Shown: positions 12,341-26,700 of the stretch, in pieces | How positions within the stretch are numbered: position 1 is the first letter of the stretch | Layout: each line of letters starts with the position of its first letter | Source of the DNA: Glaucostegus cemiculus | Lineage: Eukaryota | DNA: 64,000 nucleotides | Direction of reading: 5' to 3' | Assembly: GCA_976551045.1 (NCBI GenBank) | Contig: CDPCPM010000056.1 | Span: 29,884,001-29,948,000 of the forward strand | Notes under the pieces: model-generated | The model's database searches: none | What the model was told of the DNA's origin: nothing | The model's input: only the letters and a program-made list of their open reading frames with translations | Translations under genes and position numbers: made by a program

Positions 12341-15300
12341 CAGAAAGTAGTAAAGTAGCAAATTAGAAATAGTAAATCATTCATCTATTCAAATTTCTCT
12401 CCAAACAGTGAAACATAATGTGTTCCCAGATATCCTTCACTAAAATCAGAACTTGCCTCATGAGAAACCTTTAGAAATGATGCAGAACTTTCCTGTATAA
12501 ATGCCAAGCATTATTTTGAGTACTCTGAACTTCAATAATAAATCCTAACCAGCATACCATGTGGGTGGGAAAGAGTTAATGCTAATAATGGACTCAAGTC
12601 TTGCTCATGTAGCCTATTGCAAATCTGTAAAGTGATCCTTAATTTTGAAGTCTTTTGGAGTACATGAAACACAATGTACCAATGCTCTCTTCCCAAATGC
12701 CAGCAGCTGCGGGCACTGTGTTGCATTGTGGGATGCCAAGGCATCTTTTCATGTCCAAGTCTCCAAGTGTTGTGCATTACAGACCAAGTAGAGGCTCTTT
12801 TACATTTCTTCTGTTGATTGTGTTTTACAGTGTATTGATTGTTCTGACTGCAACCATCAAGCTGTACATGCAGAAGTATCTGCCCAATTCTAAATCAAAG
12901 AACAAGGCATTTAGCAGCTCCATCTGCCCAAGTGCTGCTTTTTAAACATGTACAATGCTGAATAAATCAGGACTCGGACTGCTTCATGATCCTGTTTTAG
13001 TTCACTGGAAGAAGTTAAAAAGCAGCTCACAGTCAATGTTGCTGCTGTCTAAACAGATGGAGCTGCTAAAAGCCTTAGCGCTTGATTCTTTGATTTAGAC
13101 CTAGGTACGTCATTTAATCAGTTTCCTAGTGCTGGCAGTTTTGGATATCTCCCTTTCTTTTAACATAAAGAAACTACTTTGATAAAATTCGGGTAGTTTG
13201 GGAAAATGAGATTTTACTCAATTTTCATGACATATGTGTTTAACAATAAATAATTGACAAATTAATTTTCAATGCATACTTCAAAAAATATTTTCATTCT
13301 ATGTTACTTCATCACACATAATACTAAATGCACTTTTGTACATATGCAAAGACAATTCTTAATTTTGTCTACGTAGATTTATAAGCCATCAGCATGATTG
13401 CTTCTTACTTACCATATTTTGGATTGAACTACTTCAAGAGAATGGGAGGTAAAATCTAATTAAAATCTATTTTGGTATAGAATACTCAGTCACATCTCAA
13501 CCTGATAACATTATTACCCAAAGAGAATCACATCAAGCAAGTGGACAATTTATACACAAAGTCACAAAAACAGTAATACAAAATGCATCATCAGTATGAC
13601 TACCACAGAAAGCCTGTACCAAGTGACCTATGGGTTCTTATTTGAAAATACATTGCTAACTGAAGTTAAGTCTTCACATTTAAAATCATATGCATTGTGC
13701 TTTGCAGCTCCAAATTCTTAAACTACTGGTGGCTTACAAGTACAAAAGACTGACACTTTATCAGCAGCAAGAGGCATGAATGAGTTAACGAAAACTGACT
13801 GACAAACAGCTGTTGCAACCTTAACAAGTTGATCGCCCATCTCCCCTCTTCCTCCCATCTCCACCGCCATGCTATGCCCCTCACACAGACCACCATGCCC
13901 CCAAGTCCCACAGAAGAATGCAGAACAAGGATCAGCACTTCTATTGCTGCTGTCGCTTCCTGTGGCATCAATTGATGCCACATAGAGTAGCTGATATTTT
14001 GCTGAAATGTTAGGGTGGCAGGGAAGATGGGATGAAAAAATGAATATTGAAATACTTCAAAGCAGTCAATAATATTTCAAGAACACTATGCAGCAGAGCC
14101 AAGCTCTAATATACTAATGTTATTAATTATGCATTCACCAAAATAACTTGAGTTCTATATTTATTCAATGTGATCTTAATATTTTTAAGTGTATGGGGTG
14201 GGATAGTGGGGGAGGGAGAGGTGCAGGGAATGCTTAAGGAATACAATGATGGGAGAATAATTTACCATGTATTCCACAAACCTGAACACATCACCATTCT
14301 TTAATGCAAAATTCTGATCAGAATACAAGTCAAGAAGTTCCCATAGTAATTCAGTCACATTGTTCCTCACACTATACGATAAATTTCAATTAACGCTTCC
14401 TCCCCACTATCTTCTTACCGCCAGCTTTCATCAACTATACCCACCCTCAGCCCCCCACCCATCCCCACAACATCTCCTCCACCTCATCTTATCTAAAGAG
14501 GTAATTAGACAAACACGGGAATTTCTGGCTAGTTCTCAGCCTATGCAAAACTACAGATGAACTGTCTGACTACAATTCAAATGCAGCCCTCATCAAGTTC
14601 AAATACAATCAAAGTCTGCACAATAAAGGCTGTGCAGTGGCTCGCGTTCTCCTGGCAAAGGCTTAAGACAATGAGCGTCTTGTTAGAAGGCATCTGAATA
14701 CAAAGAGTCTATTCTCAGATGTTAGCTGAAGCTGCTAAGAAATGGGGAAAAAAATCCCAACCCATTAAGGTTTGACTAGCTTCAGCTTGTATGAATGCCT
14801 CCCCCAGAAAAGTGTAATAGAAATATAACCCTCGATACCCCAGAAGAAATAAAAATGAGGTTTGCCTAGGGAGTAGAAATGTCAATGATTGCTGAATCCA
14901 AATCCCACTTCTCCTTTTTTAAAAAAGCACTGGAAATTAAATTAGAATCACTGGCTCTAACTTTAACTGCATTTTATTTCCGATCTACTTTTAAAAGTTT
15001 GATAAGGTGGAATGTTTAGTTAAGGCAATTAACAAGAAAAACCAAAAAATGTTCTCAATTACTTCCAAGATGCCCATGACACATTCATATCCAGGATATA
15101 GATATAAATTATTGTAGCCGCCTGTATTATGTGACATGCCCCATATGCAACCTGAAGACAAAACATGGAAAGAAATGATTCAAGTCATATGGCAAATGCC
15201 ACTGGTGACAATGAGGATCTATGAAGGAGCATCAATAAAACAATGTCACATTGATATAAATGTATTTCTCAAACAATATATACATTCTAAAAATGCAATG

Positions 15301-16017
15301 TACATAAGCAATATGTATAGACACCAGTTCACTAAGATTAAGCATATTTTTTTCTTAATTAATTGACTTGCAGAATCTTTTAAAAATTCTGGAAGGAAAT
15401 AGGATCTGTATAAAATTATTTTTCATGCCTCAACTATCAAGGAAACCATTCAGGCAATAGATAACATTAGACGAGGATGGATTAAATATATTAGAACACC
15501 AAATAGGCATATATCCCAAATCGGAACTACATTAAAAAAAGTAACATATTTTATAGGTATTCAATGCCACCAGATTCAGATATTTTCTGATACTCCAAGG
15601 GCAGATTTGTGCTTTTTGGAGCTGACAGTAGTGATTCAAGCAATCTGACATTCTGCATGTTGAATTGGCCAGTGATTCTCATCTGATACATAAAAATAGT
15701 ATCTCAATGTGACAACATATCCAATTCAGACTTGCAGCAGAAAAGCACAGCTGAACCCTGAAACCAAAAATGAAGGAGCAAATTAGGTATGGCAGTTCTC
15801 TTTTTGACATCAGTTGGGGTACAGCACGTGAAATGTTCAATTTAACCTGAGTATCTACAACCTGTTGAATTTTTATACCCATCACGTATTACATAAACAA
15901 CAAGAACTGGGATAGCTACAGAATAGCTGTGTGCTCATAACGACTCACTTTTAACATTGTATATTTACACCAAGGAAATAAAGGTGTATTTTGTAGGCCT
16001 AGATCTATAGTAACGTT

Positions 16018-16074
16018 GGCACAGCTTTGTGGGCCAAAGGGCCCGAATTGTGCTGTAGGTATCTATGTTCTATA
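16018..16074 (+). mobile_element. Short SINE/CR1 3' tail fragment
   Basis: GGCACAGCTTTGTGGGCCAAAGGGCCCGAATTGTGCTGTAGGTATCTATGTTCTAT. Confidence 0.5.
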
Positions 16075-16726
16075 GCTGCTGGTGTTATCCTGTGACCCAT
16101 ATGGCCACACGATGCCAATAATGATCTTGCAAAAACCACTATTATACTTTACTGCAATTTTATCTTTATTCTTAATTATTGCAAAAAATCCAAAGAAATT
16201 AATTTCATCAACTATCTTTAACAGCAAGCCGGTCAATGAAATAGATTATTCTATGCATCTTCCCCTCTCCAAGCATTTCTCTTTCAAAACATCAAATATG
16301 AGACAAACGATTAGTTGCCACGTGACGAATAGACACATAAAAATTATTCTTCTTGCCCTCCCCATCACTCCCCTCTCCATCTACCACCACCCACCCCCCC
16401 AACCAACTTCTATCAACTGGTCTCTATTTTCTCTTTCCCCTTCCTGACCCAAACATAATGTTAATGCTTGGATAAGAGCAGTTACCATAGAAACAATCCA
16501 AAGCTGTTCCAAAGAGTCGTCTTGTGGGTAGATTTGAAGTCATTCAATCGATGCCAATCAATGGGAACATTCTTTCCAGTGCCAAGTAATTCCAACTGTA
16601 TTTAAATCAGTACTGTACACATGGGTTTACTTAACCTTTCACTGGCTGATGGTTTCTTTCTATACACAGCACAAATCTCTTTGCAGCTCACTGGGGGTTA
16701 GTGAAGACAACCTATTAAATGGGGGC

Positions 16727-16850
16727 GCAAGAGACTGCAGATGCTGCAATTTGGAGCAAAAAAACAAACTATTGGAGGAACTTAGTGGGTCGAGCAGTAT
16801 CTGTGTGTGGTGGGCGGGGTGGGGAGGGAAGGAAGAAATTGTCGACATTG
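16727..16850 (-). mobile_element. Penelope-like pLTR fragment
   Basis: CAAGAGACTGCAGATGCTGCAATTTGGAGCAA...GGAGGAACTTAGTGGGTCGAGCAGTATCTG is reverse-complement similar to 55836-55915. Confidence 0.65.
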
Positions 16851-17924
16851 CAGTTTGTTTTTTGCTATTAAATGGGGGTTTCATTCCCAATGTCTAAAAC
16901 AAACTGTCAGCACTGTTCCTCTTTTGAGCCAGACAATTAGGATTTCTCCAACAGGGTGAAATTTAGAAACATTTATTGGTCTTTCAATATAAACCTGCTC
17001 ACAATAATGCTAAATTATAGTCTGTCTTTTGGTTTCTTCACAGATGGTTCTACAAGTCAGATCAACACAAGCCTTCAACTGATCGCCAGGTGAGGAGTAA
17101 ATAAGAATTCACTAAAAAAATGTTTGAGTGCTCCAGTACAACATGAGAATAGTGTGTAGAGATATGAAGGTTGTAAATTGACATGCAAAACAATCATTTT
17201 CTTATGTTAGGCATGAAATGAATGACATTTTAAGTACCGTTTAATCAAAATCATGATAAGATGACGTTTTGGTAAAACTAAAATGTCTGATGTTTGAATG
17301 TAATTCTGCTTATTTTGTGGGCCTTACCCAATTGAGTTGTATTCATTATCAATATAATTTATTAAAGAACATATTTTTCTATATTAAAATTGTGGACTTA
17401 CAGTGCCACTTCACGAGTCACACACTAACAAGCTTGCCAAAGCACATGAACTTTATATCTTCTTGAAATGTTCATTTGTTCTAAATATTTATTGCACATT
17501 TTGACAAATCTCAAACTGCTCTGACGATGCAGAATAATAAACAATATTTAAATGGTTATTTGCTGTCAATTACTTAGCCAAGTCATATGCCTTTTCTCAT
17601 TAACCCAAAACCCGACAATTCCAAGAGTAATGGGTATAACGTCAGTTTTATGAACACAATCACAATTTTCTACAATATTAAAATTATGATAAATAATATA
17701 AATACACTGCGCAAGATAAATTGGAAGTCTTTTTACAAACATCCATGTTATTAGTTTTAGTAAATGAATTCCAATTTTTCTTTCAAATCTGTTGGGAAAT
17801 TTGGATGGTGGTGCAGTTGCCCATTATCAGGAATATTGTTCTCAGTACGTTAAAAGCAGTACTGACTAGAGAGGAAACTAGAGCTTTTTTTTAATTGTAG
17901 TTCATTATCATATTCCTTTACAAA

Positions 17925-18122
17925 ATAGAAGAGGGCAATTCATTTATTCAGCCCATCGATCAATTAACCTAGAAACCTGTCTTTGGGATGTGGGAGTAAA
18001 CGGAAGTACCCAGAGAAAACCCATGCAGTTATACGGAGAATGTGCAAATTCCACCCATCAACACCGAAAGTCAGTTTTCAACCCAGTTCACTGGAACTGT
18101 GAGGTAGCAGCTAATCAGCCGC
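17925..18122 (-). mobile_element. Older diverged V-SINE
   Basis: TGTGGGAGTAAACGGAAGTACCCAGAGAAAACCCATGCAG...GAGAATGTGCAAATTCCAC is a decayed reverse-complement V-domain, followed by a tRNA-like part. Confidence 0.7.
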
Positions 18123-19100
18123 ATTCAGAAGGCATTTGATACAATTCTGCACAAAAGAATGGTTAGAAAAATTGAAGGCCATAGAATAAATAGGTTAGAG
18201 GTATCCCAAGTAAGAAATTATTTTACAGACAGAAATACACACCGAGTCATGCTAAGTGGATTTTTCATCAGGCTGCAGAGACATGGACTGTGGTGCACTC
18301 CCAGGATCAGTGCATGGACACTTGCTTTGACTGATATATTTTATTGACTTAGACATTTTTGTGCCGGGTAAAATTTCCAAATTTATGGATTACACACAGC
18401 TTGGAAGTGTGGCAAGCAATGAGGAGGATAGTAGTAGATTTCACAAGGACACCAAGGCCAGTCTATATGTGTATAAATCTTTGAAACTGGCAGGACAGAC
18501 TGAGAAAGCAGTTAATGAAGCATCTGGGATCCTGGCCTTCATAAACACATGCATAAATTACAAAAACAACGCCGTTTTGTTGAACCTTTATAAAAATACT
18601 CATTAGGCCACAACTACAGTATTGTGCCCAATTCTGGTCACCGCACTTTAGGAAGGTTCTGAAGGCCCTAGAGAGCAGAGACAAGATTTACTGGAATGTT
18701 TCCAGGAGAGAGGATTTTCAATTATGAGGACAGAACTTAAGGTTGTTCTCCTTGCAGCAGAAAAGATTCAAAGGAAGTTTGATAGAGGTTTACAGAATGT
18801 GTAGAGAGAGAGAGACAGAGAATTTTTTCCCAATAGCAGAGGGGTCATGGACCAGATGACTCAGAATTAAAGCAATCAGCAAAAATTTCAAGGCTTTATG
18901 AAGAAAAACAACTTTTTATGCACATAATTTGGAAAGCATTGCCTGAATGTGTGATGGATGTATATTCTATGGCAGCTTTCTAAAGTAACGGGTAAATATT
19001 TGAAATTAAGAATTTGCAAGGCTGTAGAGAAATGGGATTGTGTTTGCTGGCACAGATTTGATGGGTCAACTGTCCTCCTTCTTTGCTGAAATGATTCTAC
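18123..19100 (+). mobile_element. Degraded CR1 LINE RT and 3' end
   Basis: KAFD-like AAGGCATTTGATA, KISKFMDYTQLG (FADDTKLG-like), CAGTATTGTGCCCAATTCTGGTCACCGCAC and a 3' UTR-like end. Confidence 0.85.
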
Positions 19101-20666
19101 AGTTCACTTCACATCAAAAAGCAAAATGAAACATGGAGTTCAATAATAGCAAAATCTAAACAGTCAAAACATTTCTTTCAAATCAGCATTTGGGAAACAG
19201 GGAACATTTCAGTTTACTGAGGAACTAACACACTTAAAGTTTGTGAGAAGAATGAAACTAGTCATTCTGAAAAATAACATTCTCAACCATCACTTGGTGG
19301 TCAAAACATACTGCTGTGTTTACAGTGATAACATATCTTTCCCTTATAACCAGCAAAGTTAGTGGTTCTACTGAGCAGTGCTTCACCTTTGGAGGATACA
19401 GAAATTTTAAACGTATTTCAAAAATATGATATTTAAAATATCTAATATATTTTCAACTCAGTCAAGTCTCCTACTTCTCATAGGAATCTCCCACATATTT
19501 TCTTATATGACCTAATGGGAACTAATGTATCCATTTCTCATCTTTCATTAATCTCCTGCATGAAAATCTTCGACGCGTGGCAGTTCTTTGACCTGTGCTC
19601 CGTGCTTTTATTATTTTCTGTAACGTTCTACATTTTAAATAATGATACAGAGCAGAGCAACATGCTGTTAATGAAATAAGGTTCACGTGCTATAGGTGAA
19701 GGGAACAGAGGGTTCAATGGTCTTTAAAATAATTAAGTGTTCACACTTTGTCACCAGCAAAATTAAACTTTACAAAGACAGATCTGGAATAATACTGCAT
19801 AAATGTTACTGCGAATTGAAATGGACAGAATAACAGCACATTCTCCAGTTATTAAAACTACTAGCTCAAGAAATTGGTGGAGTGGAAATGCAAATCCTGT
19901 AGGCACGCTGGAGGAAATGATCTGTCCCATCTGAAGACACTCTCACTTGGGTCCCTGTTCCACATCAATTTTAAACAAGCTCTTGCGCAATGGCTCTTTC
20001 AACTGTAACTGAAAGGGGGCAAGTTACCCACAGCTTTATATCGTTTATGCTCTTCTTTCTACAGCATATTATTAAAGATAATGGCATTTTTATAAAGGGA
20101 TTCAGAGAACACATTTGTTGATAGAGCAAACACTCTTTTACTTCTTTAAAGTTATTCCATATTTAATAATCTTCAAAGCATCACTTTTATTGACTAAACT
20201 GAAATGTATCAGTTATGAAGTATTAATGTCAGCCGTGTTAATGTATAATCACGCTGAAAGTTAAGAGGATTTATTTCCAATAAACAAGAACTAATCAGGT
20301 TTTGATATATAATATTGACAATGCATCCACACATTAAACATTGCAATTTTTTTGAAAAGGTCACATTAGTCCTGATTTCTACTGTGTACTAAACAAGAAA
20401 AAGGAATCAAGAAAAATCCTTGTTGCATTTGGGAAAGCATTAAATAGAACTACATTCTAATATGTTGGTCTAGAAGCTAACTGGTCTGATTTTTTTGTGT
20501 GTAGGAAACAGTTAAATAAAATGTAATAATTTTAATTTTTATTTAACTCTTTGCACACAAGAAGTAACTTAAATGGAACGGATGAGTAAAGAATTTAATC
20601 AGTAAAGATTGTTGGTATTTTCTGTGGAACAATTAATTTATTACATTTGATAAGGAATTTTATGTC

Positions 20667-20790
20667 CATAGAGTCATGGAATGATACAGCACAGAAACAG
20701 GCCCTTCAGTCCATCGAGACCATGCCAGCCATTAACCACCCATTTACATTAATCCTGCATTAATCCCATTCTTTTCACCACACATTTCCA
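20667..20790 (-). mobile_element. SINE/CR1-type 3' tail fragment
   Basis: CATAGAGTCATGGAATGATACAGCACAGAAACAGGCCCTTCAGTCCA is the reverse complement of the typical HE1/HER1 3' end. Confidence 0.6.
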
Positions 20791-23700
20791 TTCCCTGATG
20801 AAAAATGATCTGGTTTTATATAAATATAAAAAATAAAAGTGTACATTGGTTGTGCCAAATCAGTGACAAAATAATCCAAACTAGACACCAAAGATTATTT
20901 TACAAGTTGTTAAAAAAAATAATCAGGCCTAACAAACTAACATGGGAAAACTATACTCATTTGCTCTCCGATAAACAACAAACAGCAATTATACTCTTTA
21001 TGAGGGATTTACTTCAATGAGAATTGTCCAGTTGTTCAATTTTTTTTTCAAAGCATTCAAAGCACAAGACCCATTACTGTCATGAACAGTGATAGCACCC
21101 ACACCAGACACATCCTATAGCAATCTGTTCATCCTTTTTAACAGTACTAAGTTACAAATAACGCAAATCCTCCAAAACAATAACTCAATAAGCCCAATCT
21201 GCACGAATGCAATAAAGTACTTAGGAAGAAAACGTAAAGTATTGTCACTGGAAACCTGTGTATTTTTCATGATTAAAGCTATCAGCAACTTTCCTCAATT
21301 AAAGAGACAGCATTAAATTGTCAGTAACCAGTGATGTCAAACTATTTATACATTACCTCAGAAGTTCAGACATCCAATTCCAAGGAGGCATCCTGTGGTA
21401 CTAATCATAAGAGATGTATGTTTGATTGAATTATAACTAAAATTAAGGGAAAATACTAGATTCTGAAAGAGGTAGAGATAAAGGGTACCCCAGGTGCAGA
21501 ATTATAGTGAAAATCAGGTTCATAACTATGGAGGCTTTTTAAAAAAAAACATCTTATTTAAGGACTGCAAAAAAATAGCCCACAGCTCTTCCCCAAGTAT
21601 TATGTTCAAAGTTTTTCTTTCAGTTTTCAAGTTCTTTAAATAAGTAACAATAGTAAATGTGTAACAAGAGTTTCACTGCTACGTGTGGTCATCAACATGT
21701 CTGAAATGTTAAAAAAAAAAGAAATTAACATATAATCGCTATTAATGTTACTAGCCATGACCCTTACGAATATTCAAAAATTACTTTTTTCACTCATTGG
21801 AGCTTTTAAAACATTTGACTGCAGCACTGAAATTTTTACAGTGAGTTACTATATTTGCTCTATTGGTCTCCATTGGAATTATGCCAGGTGGAAATGATAA
21901 ACATCAGCAAGGGCAGCAACTGTCTTAGCATTTTGAATATATGGCACTCCACATGTCTGATTTATATCTGTATCCTTGATAGGAGGAGGAGGAGTTGAAA
22001 AGGTTTTCAAATTCCATGTGGCATACTAAGAAACAATTAGGTCAATTGTGGGAACACGTGCAGCTTTTAATCCCACATCATATTTGGAACCAAAATGAAA
22101 GCAACATAGAAAATAATAGAATATATTTTAGGGTTTGGTTTACTGCCATCTGTGAAAATGTCTGAGTTATTTAATGGTGTATTCTAAAGCTAACCACTAT
22201 GAAACACCAAAACCCACGGAGTAGGCCTCTGTAGTTCAAAAGATTTATTTTAACCACAAGGGACAATGGCCAACAATAAATATTACTTTCATTCTGCCCA
22301 CATCACTTCTATAACCATATTCCATAGGTTTGTGCTAAGAAAGAATAAGCTCCTACCATAATACTTAGCAGCTGAACAATGGAAACAATACTGGTGTTGA
22401 GGCACATCAAAAAACAAGCACAAGCATGCAGTTGTTAGTGGAATAATTATCTTAATATTTGCATAAAGTTGGCCATTATCTAATGTGTGTTTCTGATATT
22501 GAGAATTGTGTATTTCTTGAAGTGCTGATACTCAGTTTAGCTAAACCTAATTTTTTTGGGGAGAAGACTGTCAATGTCATTAGAAACCACAGTTACTTAT
22601 TCAAGAAACATTATGCTCAAGTACAATAGTTCTGAAAGAAAATTTTAAATACTAAGTTTAAAATATAACATTAATTATTAACTCCTTACTTAATTTTTCC
22701 TTCCTCAATGTTAACCATACAAGTAAGTCTTTCAGTAAGTAGGATTGTTTGAGTATTGTCTTTTATGTTGCACCAAGGGTACATTCATGGCAAACCTAAC
22801 TGGGCAGAAACTAACTTATTTTAAAGTAGTGACCCACATCAGACACTGGTGAAAGAATGACCTTGAGCTCCAATGCTTTGGGTGGTGGGAGAGTTGAGGT
22901 GTTAAATTTAAACACATAATTTCATTGAAGTTGCTCAATTTCAGTACACTAAAAGACACTCCTCCTCTTTCTTGCCACAGAGCCACCCCCGTCAATCACT
23001 ATCACAATGGTTTAATCAATGTATCAGTAAAATTGCAGTCAATAAGATTCACTGAGCTGTGATGCCCCCCCCCCACCATCTCAAGAACACAAATAAATCA
23101 ACGTAGCTAACTCTAGTTTTGCTTTCCAGCATCCTTCATGTCAAAACCCATCTTCCTCGTCAACACCTCCCCCTGACCTGCACAATCCCTCCCCACTGCC
23201 CCACCTGACACTGCATCCATTCTGGAGGTCAGTCTCACTGAAGAGTTTTCCATCTGCTGAAACATCACTGAAGAACATCAAAACATTTGGTATGGATTCT
23301 TTGCACTATCAAGCTAATGGAGTAGGCTTTAAGTGATGGACTTCTTAAAACAGCTGCTTTGACCTAAATATTTTAACATACAAATGAACAACTGCATTGA
23401 ATTTTGATTCATGGAAATGGTGCACATTTTGTTATTAACCAAACAGTGAATGATGATAGATAACTGCCTAGTGTTTACAATTACCAAAAGATTGGGAGAT
23501 TTAAAAAAAAAGCCAGTTGCACAAAAGAGTAAAGTTAGCTTCTATTTAAATTATTCCCGTAAACCTCGTTAAACAATTTTTATTGCTGGTTCTCACTTAG
23601 ACCACAAGATGGAGCAACTAATAGAACCAGGCCTCCTGTAAAATGGGAAGTTAGGGTGGGGGAATTCGCGGGAGAAGGGAGCAAGCAATGTGCGATGGGC

Positions 23701-26700
23701 ATAAGCTAAAGTTATTTACTGTCAATTAATTACAAAGGAACAGTTAAGGTGGAAAATCTATTGAAAATGTCATTGCCCACAATGCTGTGTGCCAACATCT
23801 GGAGAAAGAATTGTAGTATAGGTTCACAGCCATCGGGGTGTAATTGGATTGATGGAAAATCGACATACAGACAAAGGAAAAGGGGAAGAGAACAGACATT
23901 GGGACACAAGTAAAAATAAATCCAAGTTTAATTAAATATTTCACATGCCGCTTACGCAAGCTCTACTGATTTGTGGAATGAAACTCAAAAATTGATAGAA
24001 GATCCCTCCAGCTCATTTGCTGGACAGACTGAGTTTGTTAAAATGTTAGAACTGTATTAAAGAAATTGCCATTTGATCTTTCACATTATTCTGTTCTTTA
24101 ATTGCAATATACATGTCCCACTGAATGTTTTTGAATGCCAATCATTGTTGCATTTTTTCCTTCTAGGAGTGTCAACATTTAGCAAATCCAAAAGCGTTAA
24201 ACCATATTGTTCTCACCAACATTTATGGCATGACTACCTAGAGCTTCCATTTGCCAAGAAGGGATAGAGGAAGCTTTAAAAAAAATGTTGGCTGTGTAGT
24301 CGGTCACACAAAAGAGTAAAGTCAGGATGTGCCAATACATGAGCACATCAATGCAACCAACTCACGTAAAAGAAATCAAAATGCGATACCGCATTAAACT
24401 AATTTTAAATAAAGAATTCACAACAAGGAAAAGTAAAGCTTCAGCACCTAGCGATACAGTTAAGTTCTTTAAGCAGCAAACAGAGTTATTCAAATGTCTG
24501 AATTTCTTAACTATTCGAATGGGCAACATAATATGTTAGTTGGCAGCTGTTATAGTCAGGCACTGCATCATAACAGAAGCCAACATGGTATGATACAATT
24601 CAACATGAATGTCTAATTCATCAACTTTATTGTCAGTATAAAATGAGATATTAAATAAGATTGCAACCTATTATCTATAAAAAGATCCAGATAAAACAAT
24701 ACTTTCCAACTTTAATTTTTTTCTATAAAAGCAAATTTGCTAAATTCATCGAAGGCTCTGGTTATAGTGTTACTGAACATGAACAATGTCATGGATTCTT
24801 TCAATGGGAGACACAACAGTACTGCATTGCTTGGTAAATGATCATAGGAGGATCGGCAGGCAGAAACCCATAGCCATTATACAAGCGTAACTCATCATCA
24901 TTTTAACTGCGCAGACTCCCTTGAACTAAACATTGCAACAATTCATCAAAGACCTATTGCTTACTCAAACTTAACAGAACTATGCAAAAGGAAGCAAATT
25001 ATCAAGAAATATGCTAAACATTAATTACAATTATTTTAGGAATATAGTCTTTAAAAACAGTAATAGTGAGACCACCTCCTTAAAATATTCCCTCTCATGT
25101 CTGAGAAAGGGGTTCAATCTCAACCCAAGATATTCATCTTGTTTCTTTTAAATTAAGAAAATCAAAGCTGTTTTGGGGGAAAAAAATGCTCAAGGTCTAT
25201 GAAAAGCCAGAAAATGGAGGGGAAAAAAAACTTTGATTATTGTATGCAACTCAACAAAAGAGATTTTGTCTCTATAAAAAGAAACAGTATCCATTTTGTA
25301 TTCTTACAAGGGATACATTTAATACCAGTCAGCCATCATGTAGACACACTTTACAGAGTTCTCAAGGCTTGTAATAAAAAGTCAATCAAAGCAGATAATG
25401 GCAAAATTGCAGAAGCTTTATTTTACAGGCCCATAAAAATATACTTGAAAACATTAAAAGAAGATTTTCTTAAATAACATTTACTTAGTTTTTTTTAAAG
25501 ATGAGAATAGCTTCATCTTTTATGGCTTTGAATAATAATTGCCTATCCTCAAACAAAAAATATGGTCGCTAACAAAAAAATCTGCAAACCAGTTTCGCAT
25601 TTTTTTTTCTCCTGTTGGCTCTCTTTTGTTCCACAGTTTCTTTAATCCATCAAGAGGATTTCCAAATTAATGCCTTGTGTGGGTGTACAAATATAATCTT
25701 CAGAAAATGGTCAGCCTGAAGCAACAAAAGGTGTGTCAGGTGAATAAAGTTTCAAAATGTCGGCTGTAGGACAATTTGGCACAAGTTTTCTTTCAGGACA
25801 AAATTTCGTATTGATAAATTTGAGGTGACAGAAGCATCTGCCCCACTGCTTCGATTAACACCTTTGTACCCACCACCCCCCAAACTTCCAGAGACATAAA
25901 CGAACACAAAGAATAAATAAAGCAACAAATTAATCTGTCAAGCAAGGAAAAGATGCATATTTGGTGGGGGTTTAGGCCGATTTGAACATTTATAGTAGAA
26001 ATCTAATCAAAAAGTATATACCTTTCCCTGTATTATCTCTTCTCAAAAGGACTAACATATGCAAAATAAATTCAGTTATCAAGCTGATACATTAAATTTC
26101 AAGATTCCAAAGCTATATCCATTTACAGATCATTTTGGAAATTAATTTAAAGTGAGATTTGAAAGTGAAGCTAGGCTTTTGAAAAGGCTTGAAAATGCAA
26201 CAAAGAAGACTGTATTGCTGCAGCTGGTTAAAAGAAAACCACTGAAGTTTAAAGAACTATTGCCAGGGTTTCAATAGAAAATATTAACACTAACAGCTTC
26301 CAAAACCAAACTACTACATTCATTCACTGACTGCGTCTGTAGCACGCAGCAGAAGTGGATTAGAGCCGATGTCAGAATGTGCACCAATCCAAGTGGCTGG
26401 GGTCTCCCAGCAGCAAAGCCAAAGCTCTAACCAAGTGAAATGTTCAGCCCTGCTGTGTACTTCAGTGACCACAACAAAGATTGTGGTTTCTACCACATTC
26501 ACCCTAAATAGCTGAAAATTATTGTTATTCATTATGCCATGGAAAGAAAGGGAAATATAAAACTGCTGCCGTTGAAAAGTGGTGGAAATTGCCCTTTAGA
26601 CATACAAGGTTTTGTTACGACCAGATAAAACATTGCTATTGATGACTTATATAACAAGTATCTATAGGGCCTCCAACAGTTTGCGCTTCTAGGTTTAAAA